From contig CAYWJO010000048.1 of NCBI GenBank assembly GCA_964458565.1, positions 1 through 25,846 of the forward strand: a stretch of 25,846 nt of DNA. The letters run 5' to 3'. Within the stretch, counting starts at the first letter, position 1. Each line of letters begins with the position of its first letter. Of the stretch, positions 9,369-16,894 are shown piece by piece. This stretch comes from an uncultured archaeon. Its GTDB lineage: Archaea > Asgardarchaeota > Thorarchaeia > Thorarchaeales > Thorarchaeaceae. The position numbers and the translations under genes are program-made. The notes beneath the pieces were generated by a model. It did no database searches. It saw only the letters and a list, made by a program, of their open reading frames with translations, and was not told the DNA's origin.

Positions 9369-11306
9369 ATGAAGAAAAAACGTGTTGGTACTTTCCTGTG
9401 GCTTATACTTTTACCAATGTTCATGCTTCTCTCTCAGATGTTATTTCCTGTTTCTGGACTCAGAACATATCCTCTCAAAACGGGACCTTTCGTTGACAGC
9501 ATCAAATTTTCTGTCATAGAAGGGGACGAACAACAAGTCCAGGCTTTGGTTGACAATGATGTTGATGTAATCAAGGACTTCGTCGATCCTGCCTTCCTCG
9601 GTCTCTTGGAACAATCTGAGAACATAATAGTTGAAGAGTCATTGCGAAATGGATATGGATACATCTGCATAAATACAGCGAAATATCCCTATAATATTAC
9701 AGATTTTCGAAGAGCGTGTGCATTCGTACTGAATAAAACCTATATTTCTGAGGCGGTTTGGAGTGGACACTCTAAACCCCAGGATTCATGTGTTCCTCAA
9801 ATTAATCCTTTTTCAAGCGAAGGTCTTCTCGATTATAATTATTACAACGAAAATGAGGATAAGGGCAACGAACTTCTTGATAGAGCTGGATTCGAAATCA
9901 ATCCCATAACTGAGTATAGAATGAAACCAAATGGAGACCCGCTGAATATTATCATTCAAACTGCACAGTCCTCAAATATCGCTATTGAAACAAGTAATAT
10001 TTTTGCTGAAGCCCTCCAAAAGATACACCTTAATGCAACCTCAGTACCAACCGATTACTACGAGTATTCGAATAAGCTCTACTACCATTATGATTATGAC
10101 ATGGTGTTTCTTGGAACAAGCTTTGGCAGTATTGATGTAGATTGGTTAGCTCTTGAATATTGGTCAGAATACGATGATGAGCCATACTACAACGCCCCCA
10201 ACTGGCGGAACGCCACATACGATAGCTGGAGAGATCAGTTGATACATTCAATTGATTATGAAGAAGTGTACCAAGCTGCTTTTGAAATGCAGCGGATATG
10301 GGTTCACTCATGTCCGGTGATTGTCTGCTATGAAAATGCTCTCTTGAATGCATATCGAACTGATAGATACGAGGGTTTTGTTAATGATATATTTGAAGGT
10401 GTGCCAGGATGGTGGACTCAATATCGAGCACATCTTAAAGATGGACAAACAGGAGCTCCGTGGGGAAGTGAGCTCAGGTTTACTAATCCTCTAGATTTTG
10501 GTACTTTCAATTTTATGGTATCTAGCTGTTATTGTGACCGATTTGCTGATGAGATGTATGATTTTCTGTTTAGGTATAGCTCAGAAGGGCTGGTAGTACC
10601 TTGGCTTGCGAAATCGTATGTCATCAATACCCATCAGGATGATTCTTCTGTTCCGCAGGGACACACTCGCTTTGATTTCAATCTTATCCGGAATGCTTCT
10701 TGGACAGATGGTACTCCTCTTACAGCTTATGACGTTGCTTATACATTGAGTTATTATAATGATGCTCCTGGGAATCCGTATGGTCCTGACCTTGAGGAGA
10801 TGACTGCAGCTTACGCATTAACAGATTTCCGACTTCGAGTGGAGTTCAACAGTGAATCATATTGGCATATCAGTAAGCTCACATCAAAGCCTATCATCCC
10901 TAAGCACATCTTTATCGATATTGGATTGGAGGGTTGGAATACTTGGAATCCCCATCCTCCAGAAGATGAAATCGTGACTTCAGGTCCATGGGTGGTTTCC
11001 GAATATGAATCGGGAAGTCATGTTACGCTTTCTTGGAATGAAAACTACTTCTATTCTGCAGACCGAAGTTTTATTCCCTCAACCACGAGTTCTACCATGA
11101 CAAATCCTGGCACAAGTCATGAGCCCCAAACATTAACTTCAATATCCTCCACAGACTCCACAGTCACATCTAGTCCAACAGTAAACTTAGAAAACGATTG
11201 GATTGGTATGTTCTTTTCCACCATTGGAATAACCGTAACCATAGGTTCAGTTGTTGTAATAATAATACTCGGTGCAAGAATCGCACATGAACGGAGAAAG
11301 AAGTAA
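9369..11306 (+). CDS. Family-5 ABC solute-binding protein paralog 4, permuted, TM-anchored
   Basis: ATG at 9369 (MKKKRVG + hydrophobic signal) with GGAG upstream; GPFVDSI, FRRACAFVLNK, GQTGAPWGS, SCYC, WTDGTPLTAYDV, SGPW, WNENY; Ser/Thr linker; TM then HERRKK. Confidence 0.9.
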   Translation: MKKKRVGTFLWLILLPMFMLLSQMLFPVSGLRTYPLKTGPFVDSIKFSVIEGDEQQVQALVDNDVDVIKDFVDPAFLGLLEQSENIIVEESLRNGYGYICINTAKYPYNITDFRRACAFVLNKTYISEAVWSGHSKPQDSCVPQINPFSSEGLLDYNYYNENEDKGNELLDRAGFEINPITEYRMKPNGDPLNIIIQTAQSSNIAIETSNIFAEALQKIHLNATSVPTDYYEYSNKLYYHYDYDMVFLGTSFGSIDVDWLALEYWSEYDDEPYYNAPNWRNATYDSWRDQLIHSIDYEEVYQAAFEMQRIWVHSCPVIVCYENALLNAYRTDRYEGFVNDIFEGVPGWWTQYRAHLKDGQTGAPWGSELRFTNPLDFGTFNFMVSSCYCDRFADEMYDFLFRYSSEGLVVPWLAKSYVINTHQDDSSVPQGHTRFDFNLIRNASWTDGTPLTAYDVAYTLSYYNDAPGNPYGPDLEEMTAAYALTDFRLRVEFNSESYWHISKLTSKPIIPKHIFIDIGLEGWNTWNPHPPEDEIVTSGPWVVSEYESGSHVTLSWNENYFYSADRSFIPSTTSSTMTNPGTSHEPQTLTSISSTDSTVTSSPTVNLENDWIGMFFSTIGITVTIGSVVVIIILGARIAHERRKK

Positions 11307-11393
11307 AATCTAAGCGAATAACAAAATGATATTTTATACTGATTTCAGAAATTATAAAACTCAAATTTGGTTATAATCTGTTAGATCCAAGCT

Positions 11394-12905
11394 TCAAGAA
11401 GCACCAAGAGGTAGCATAATTCTGAATCTCGCTCCTTCTCCCTCTCTTGAATCCATTAGCTCAATTGAACCATTGTAGATGCGAAGAATTTGTCTTGTGA
11501 GATAGAGTCCCAATCCTCCTCCGTTGGTAGTTATACCCTTCTGAAAGAGGTTTGGCTTCAAATCATCTGGTATGCCATTGCCATTATCAACAAAATCAAT
11601 GATTGCATTCCCATTTTCTCTTGATACCTGAATATCCACTATTGGAATCTTCAAGATATTTTGAGCAGTGTTGCGTATTAGATTTTCAAAAACAGTGCTT
11701 AAAAATCTGTACCCTGTGATATGTAAGTCTCCTACATTCTTGTCCGCTTGAATGTTCACTTTGAGTCCATGATGAATTTCTGTAGCGGTTTTTGCGACGC
11801 CCTCTAATAATTGGATTAAGGTCCGTTCTTCTATCTCAGAATGTTTACCTAAAGCATTCAATAATTTTGACATCCTATAAATCGATGCTTTGATAGGCTT
11901 TAGATTTTCTTGATTCTCGGGTTGGTCTTGAGAATAACGTGTATCTAGGGATTCAATATATGCTAGTAAAATCTGGAGGTCGTTTCCAATATCATGTCTT
12001 AGTAATGATGCATACAATTCCATCTCTCTGTTCTGACGGTTTCTCTCCATCTCTGCATTCTTTGATTCAGTGATGTCAATTGATGATGCCATGATAGATT
12101 TTATACTTCCATCAGAGGTCATAATAGGTCCTGCTGAAATTTGAACCATGAACGTGGTTCCGTCATCTCGCTTAGCAACAAGCTCCCCGATTCTGCCTAT
12201 GCCTTGTAATACTTCATCCAAGGCTTTCTGGGCTTCTTGTTTATTTTTCCAAAAATCGACAACCGATCTTCCTATGACGTCAGCTGCATCTTCAATTCTC
12301 CACATTTTCAAGAATGCATCATTTACGTAAGTCACCTTGCCTTCAGTATCTGCAAAGGTTATTGCATTTATAGACGATTTAATGGCAAATTCCTTTTCCC
12401 TCAGTTCTTGTTCGATGTAACTTCTCGTGGTTATATCTTCAAATGTTGTATACACCTGATAGGGGCGAGATTCTCCAGGATTGAATAACGGAATCGCGCT
12501 TACATGTATCCAACGATAATCATTCTGCTTTGGATTGAAAATTCCCATAACAACTCTCTCTACAGTTTTTCCTGACTTGAGTGCAACCATCGCAGGATGT
12601 TCATCACTTGGAAAATCTGTCCCATCTTCCCGGACTGCTCTCCATCTGGGGTCAACTGATTTCCTACCAACCATCTGTTCAAAAGAAAGACCTAAAATCC
12701 TTTCAGCCGCAGGATTTGCAGAAATAATATTTCCCTCAGCGTCCTGATAGACAACTCCATGTTTCATTGTTTCAAAAAGAGTGGTATATCTTTCCTCGCA
12801 CGCTATTAGCTCGTCTTGCTTATCTTGATTGGACTTATTGGAATTTCTATCATTCTTTTTTCTGTATTTTGAACTCGTGAGAGAGCCCTTGTCCTCATCA
12901 CCCAT
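11394..12905 (-). CDS. Cytoplasmic PAS-PAS sensor histidine kinase
   Basis: Two PAS/PAC domains (QDAEGNIISANPAAERILG; ADTEGKVTYVNDAFLKMW). H-box LLRHDIGNDLQ, N-box FENLIRN, G1 DNGNGIP, F LFQKG, G2 GGGLGLYL. No TM segment; GGAGGAGG upstream. Confidence 0.92.
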   Translation of the reverse strand: MGDEDKGSLTSSKYRKKNDRNSNKSNQDKQDELIACEERYTTLFETMKHGVVYQDAEGNIISANPAAERILGLSFEQMVGRKSVDPRWRAVREDGTDFPSDEHPAMVALKSGKTVERVVMGIFNPKQNDYRWIHVSAIPLFNPGESRPYQVYTTFEDITTRSYIEQELREKEFAIKSSINAITFADTEGKVTYVNDAFLKMWRIEDAADVIGRSVVDFWKNKQEAQKALDEVLQGIGRIGELVAKRDDGTTFMVQISAGPIMTSDGSIKSIMASSIDITESKNAEMERNRQNREMELYASLLRHDIGNDLQILLAYIESLDTRYSQDQPENQENLKPIKASIYRMSKLLNALGKHSEIEERTLIQLLEGVAKTATEIHHGLKVNIQADKNVGDLHITGYRFLSTVFENLIRNTAQNILKIPIVDIQVSRENGNAIIDFVDNGNGIPDDLKPNLFQKGITTNGGGLGLYLTRQILRIYNGSIELMDSREGEGARFRIMLPLGAS

Positions 12906-13009
12906 TGATGCTTGGTGCCTCCTCCAGGTTTCGTTGATTTATTGAAGCGTGCTAATTTAGGATGATATTGAGAATATTTTAATATACACGATATAAATCT
13001 TTATTATTC

Positions 13010-13052
13010 TACCAATATATGGTATTATTACTAGAAAACATGATGATGTTTT
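13010..13052. promoter_or_regulatory. Two palindromes in the divergent intergenic region (candidate operators)
   Basis: TACCA-atata-TGGTA (13010-13024) and AAAACAT-gatg-ATGTTTT (13035-13052). Confidence 0.3.
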
Positions 13053-13073
13053 TACAAAACTCTCTGAAACGGG

Positions 13074-13580
13074 GTGCACAACCTGAAGAAGAAGATAAAC
13101 ATAGTGTTTCTTTTCCTCATCGCGGTATATTTGATGTCATTTCTACCAACGAATGTCATAGCATATGATGAAGATGATGACGACAATCACTACGGTTATC
13201 TGAATGTCGATATTCTTGAAGCCTACTATACCGATTATGACCTGGACGGTTATGAAGACGATATTATTACTGTTTTTCAAATCGAGGTTAAAGGTCTGAG
13301 ATTCGAATGGTATGGTACAATAAAGGTCTATACAGCACTTTATCCTCTTACGCAACAAGGAACAACCTACATTTTCAAACAAAATATGTGTAACGGGTTT
13401 ATTGTAACGGAAGTTTGGTACAATGGTGTTGTTGAAGAGGGCTGGTTCGACTTCTCCGTATATGCTAAGGCATATGGAGATCCTTGTCCATCATCTGGCT
13501 ATGATAAAGTCATATTTGATCCACCCGGTGGTGATCCAGGACGACCTACCATAGATATCGTCGAAATAGATCAACTTTGA
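13074..13580 (+). CDS. Secreted acidic hypothetical protein (predicted beta-rich, Dx[DN]xDG motif)
   Basis: GTG start; KKK + hydrophobic stretch + VIA signal-peptide pattern; YDEDDDD; DYDLDGYEDD Ca-loop-like motif; alternating beta-strand pattern; C-terminal FDPPGGDPG. Confidence 0.75.
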   Translation: MHNLKKKINIVFLFLIAVYLMSFLPTNVIAYDEDDDDNHYGYLNVDILEAYYTDYDLDGYEDDIITVFQIEVKGLRFEWYGTIKVYTALYPLTQQGTTYIFKQNMCNGFIVTEVWYNGVVEEGWFDFSVYAKAYGDPCPSSGYDKVIFDPPGGDPGRPTIDIVEIDQL

Positions 13581-13602
13581 AAATATTGAGGGATGTAATG
13601 GA

Positions 13603-14691
13603 TTGACACACGGGCTCTCTCGAGAGTATCTGTCTCTTCTAATTGCTCTCCAAGAGAAACCACTTGGAACAATAGAGGAATTAGCAGAGAAAACAGATGC
13701 TTCTAACCCAACAGTAGCAAAACGACTGAGAGAGCTTGAGGCAAAACTGTTTTTCTATGTGAAACCTATTCTTAAAGAACAGAGTCTTGGGTTAGAGTTG
13801 ATTGAAGTGATGGTTGAGCCATCTGACTATCAATCCCTGAAATTCCTGGAGAAACTTGGTGATGACCATCCGTACACAGCATATCGTGGCCGATGCTTTG
13901 GGAAGATGAATGGATTACACATGCAATTTCGGATTCCTTATGGAACAAAAGCACTGATTGACGAATTATTCAATTCCCTCGTTACTGAGAGTAAAGTAAT
14001 TCAATATACTATCTTACCTACTGAGAACTGCTACTCCACCTATACTTCGATGAGGATAAAAGGATGGGATTCGGAAGCAATGACCTGGAAGTTTGACTGG
14101 AATGATTGGTTCAAGAAGAAAGTGTCTATAACTTCACCACAGGATTCCAATCAGAGTACAACAAAATCCCCTGATTGGTTCGACAAGAAGGATGCTTACA
14201 TTCTTCATGAACTAATGAGAAACTCGCGTCGAAAAAACCTGGATATCATTGAAAGAATTCAAAGGCAGGGAGTTGAAATAACTCCTCAGACATTTAGTCG
14301 AAGAATCCAACGAATGAAAGATGAATGCATTCAGACATTCGTAATGGATTGCGACCCAGGGATTTTTGATATATACAATACCGTTCTGATTCGTGGTCAG
14401 GCAGATGATGGCCATATCAATGAACTCTGGTCGCGTCTGAAAAAAGTGCAAATTCCTTTCGCATCTACATTCAAAATATGTGGGAATGAACTATCTTGGT
14501 GGATACGTCTTCAGTCTAGTCACTTGTCAACATTAATTTCCAATATCTATGCGAAATTTCAATCTATGTCAGTATGCCTTGTTGACTATAGCCATACCAA
14601 GGTGTATTACCTCTGGCCTGAAACATATGATGAAGATAATAATCAGTGGCGCACTGACCGTGAATTTATGATTGACTCACTCCTGAAATAA
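13603..14691 (+). CDS. Tandem winged-HTH transcriptional regulator (Lrp/AsnC-like, two HTH + effector modules)
   Basis: N-terminal HTH (GTIEELAEKTDASNPTVAKRLRELE) and second HTH (FDKKDAYILHELMRNSRRKNLDI...ITPQTFSRRIQRM), each followed by an alpha/beta region; TTG start with GAGGGA upstream. Confidence 0.8.
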   Translation: MTHGLSREYLSLLIALQEKPLGTIEELAEKTDASNPTVAKRLRELEAKLFFYVKPILKEQSLGLELIEVMVEPSDYQSLKFLEKLGDDHPYTAYRGRCFGKMNGLHMQFRIPYGTKALIDELFNSLVTESKVIQYTILPTENCYSTYTSMRIKGWDSEAMTWKFDWNDWFKKKVSITSPQDSNQSTTKSPDWFDKKDAYILHELMRNSRRKNLDIIERIQRQGVEITPQTFSRRIQRMKDECIQTFVMDCDPGIFDIYNTVLIRGQADDGHINELWSRLKKVQIPFASTFKICGNELSWWIRLQSSHLSTLISNIYAKFQSMSVCLVDYSHTKVYYLWPETYDEDNNQWRTDREFMIDSLLK

Positions 14692-14782
14692 TTCCTCAAT
14701 CATTGGTCAAGTACACCATTATATAGCATAGTTTATTAACAATATTTAACATATAATGCTATACTGCTTTGGTGGTAATAAT

Positions 14783-14956
14783 ATGTCAGAGAAAGTAAAG
14801 AAATTTGTGAGTGTGATTGGTGGAAAATTGGATGTTACCTGTGACGAATGTAAAGGAAAAATGCGTCCAGGTGGACACTACCAGATGGATATTGGAGATA
14901 AAAAATACCAATTCTGTTCTGAGAAGTGCATGGAAGCATACGAAGCTAAAAAATAA
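14783..14956 (+). CDS. Stand-alone TRASH/YHS-type metal-binding mini-protein (57 aa)
   Basis: ATG at 14783 after GGTGGT; CDEC ... KKYQFCSEKC matches the TRASH C-x2-C...FCS-x2-C pattern; has its own downstream terminator. Confidence 0.8.
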   Translation: MSEKVKKFVSVIGGKLDVTCDECKGKMRPGGHYQMDIGDKKYQFCSEKCMEAYEAKK

Positions 14957-14963
14957 TCAATCT

Positions 14964-14999
14964 ATCAGGACCTTTTGGTCCTGATCCTATCCTTTTTTT
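14964..14999 (+). terminator. Hairpin plus T7 terminator between convergent genes
   Basis: Perfect 9-bp stem ATCAGGACC-tttt-GGTCCTGAT followed by cctatccTTTTTTT. Confidence 0.75.
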
Positions 15000-15017
15000 G
15001 GAATGAGTTTTCTATTT

Positions 15018-16445
15018 CTATTGATGATGACTATGGTCTTCTCCATCCAACGGTTTCATTCTACCGACTACCCTTTGAACAACTTCAGGTAGTGATGGAT
15101 GGATGTGCATCGACTGAAGTAGCGGATAATAACTTCTATCCTGAGTGTACAATAGATTGATTACTTCGTGAATCAGAATGGGTGAATATGGACCTATTAT
15201 TGATGCTCCTAAGATTTCTCTTGTTTCCGCATCTGCTATGATTCTTGCAAGACTCGGTGGATTTCCCATTGCCATTCCCTTTGCAGCAATACTGTAATCC
15301 CCTTCACCTACCATGAGCTTTCTTCCTGATTTTTTAGCTTCTTGCAGTGTCATACCTACTGTAGCAATTGGTGGATATGAAAACACAGCTCTAGGTACAG
15401 CATGATAGTCCATTGAGTATAGGTCCGGTTCCTCCCGTCCGCTATGTTGTTGTGCGATTAAGAAATTATACCACACAATCTGAGACTCGTCATTTGCCAC
15501 ATGGCGGAATTGGTATCCTCCTCGGGCATCACCAAACGCCCATATTCCCTTCTTATTAGTGCGTAAATGTTGATCCACAATGATGTACCCCTTCTTGTCA
15601 GTTTTTACTCCAGTCTTCTCTGGTTTTAAAAGGTCAGAGTTTGGAATCCGTCCTGAAGCGACAAGCACAACTTCTCCCTTAAATTCACGTTCTTCTCCGG
15701 AACTCTTGTCCTTTGTTACTACAAATTTCATGCCATCTTTTTCATAGACGCGGATAGCTTCCTTGTTTGTATGAACACTCATTCGTTTACTCAGTTCCTG
15801 TTTGAGTAATTCGGATATGTCATGGTCTTCTTGCTTAACCAAATACTGATTTCTTCCCACAATTGTCACATCTACACCAACTGCTGAGAAAAAGTGTCCA
15901 TATTCAGCCGCTATGAAACCACCCCCAATGATGACCATGGACTTAGGTTTCTCAGTCAGGTCTAGTGCAGTTTTACTGTCTAGAAAACTGATTTCTTCAA
16001 TTCCCTCGATTGGAGGAATGAATGGTCTCTCCCCAGATACGATGAATATATTTGGCGCAGTGATTTCCTCATTGCCGACTCTAAGTGTGTAGTCCTTTAC
16101 AAACTCCCCAGTTTCTTTATACCAATCCAAACCCACGGCCGCATCAACAGAGTCCCCCTGCATTTTACTATCTCCTTGAACCTCATGCCGCATTCGGTCC
16201 ATAATCCGCCCGAAATCGATTTCCTCGATTCTTGCCTTAACACCCAACTTCTCCATATGTTCTGTTTGTACAATTAGGTCCGCGACATATGTCAGTATCT
16301 TTGTAGGGATACAACCTCTGTTGAGACATGTACCTCCCATGGGTCCATGTTCTACTACGGCGACTTTCATCCCCCGTTCATAGGCAGCTGATGCGATACT
16401 CATCCCTGCTCCAGAACCGACAACAATAACATCATATTTCTTCAT
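15018..16445 (-). CDS. lpdA: Class-I pyridine nucleotide-disulfide oxidoreductase (dihydrolipoamide dehydrogenase-like)
   Basis: FAD motif VVGSGAG; redox disulfide GGTCLNRGCIP; NAD-binding IIGGGFIAAE; TNKKGIWAFGD; C-terminal HPSLPE His-Glu dyad. Family is certain, substrate is not. Confidence 0.8.
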   Translation of the reverse strand: MKKYDVIVVGSGAGMSIASAAYERGMKVAVVEHGPMGGTCLNRGCIPTKILTYVADLIVQTEHMEKLGVKARIEEIDFGRIMDRMRHEVQGDSKMQGDSVDAAVGLDWYKETGEFVKDYTLRVGNEEITAPNIFIVSGERPFIPPIEGIEEISFLDSKTALDLTEKPKSMVIIGGGFIAAEYGHFFSAVGVDVTIVGRNQYLVKQEDHDISELLKQELSKRMSVHTNKEAIRVYEKDGMKFVVTKDKSSGEEREFKGEVVLVASGRIPNSDLLKPEKTGVKTDKKGYIIVDQHLRTNKKGIWAFGDARGGYQFRHVANDESQIVWYNFLIAQQHSGREEPDLYSMDYHAVPRAVFSYPPIATVGMTLQEAKKSGRKLMVGEGDYSIAAKGMAMGNPPSLARIIADAETREILGASIIGPYSPILIHEVINLLYTQDRSYYPLLQSMHIHPSLPEVVQRVVGRMKPLDGEDHSHHQ

Positions 16446-16545
16446 CTATCATCTACTCTACCAGATATTAATTAACTATTGTAAATTACCGTGATAAGGC
16501 TTCCTACAATGACATGATTTTTGGTTACCATCATCATAGAGTGTT

Positions 16546-16770
16546 TCAGGTTTCTTCTGGGATGAGAAAAATACAGATTATGTATACTAACAAGCCTGCT
16601 CCGTATACTAGAGAAAACAGAATCCAGAGAATTCTAACTAGGAGCGGATCTATTCCTAGGTGTTCTCCAATTCCCCCACATACTCCTGCAATCCATCTAT
16701 CACGTGTTGAACGGTACAGGTTTCCACCTGTTGATGCTCCTCCTGGTCCTGGTGTCGGTATCTCAGACAT
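16546..16770 (-). CDS. pspC: PspC-domain membrane protein
   Basis: LYRSTRDRWIAGVCGGIGEHLGIDPLLVRI...YIICIFLIPEE is the canonical PspC signature. ATG at 16770 (alternative GTG at 16779). Confidence 0.9.
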   Translation of the reverse strand: MSEIPTPGPGGASTGGNLYRSTRDRWIAGVCGGIGEHLGIDPLLVRILWILFSLVYGAGLLVYIICIFLIPEET

Positions 16771-16894
16771 ATTATCCACACTATTTACTGAGTATCATGT
16801 GCCATATATTTCCTGTGTATAAACGCAGATCTACGTAATGATGTACATTCGATTTTTTTGCATAACAGCAAAGATTAATGCTTTCTGCTTTCAC

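Noticed and set aside
1-11306. Diversity-generating retroelement or gene-conversion cassette explanation for the similar SBP segments
   Set aside because: No reverse transcriptase, and differences between paralogs in the blocks I compared are mostly synonymous and not adenine-specific.
11332-11359. TTTTATA...TATAAAA inverted repeat between convergent genes
   Set aside because: Low-complexity AT-only arms, expected by chance.
15018-16445. Mercuric reductase (MerA), suggested by the adjacent TRASH protein
   Set aside because: No C-terminal Cys-Cys pair; it has the HP..PE dyad of LpdA-type enzymes.
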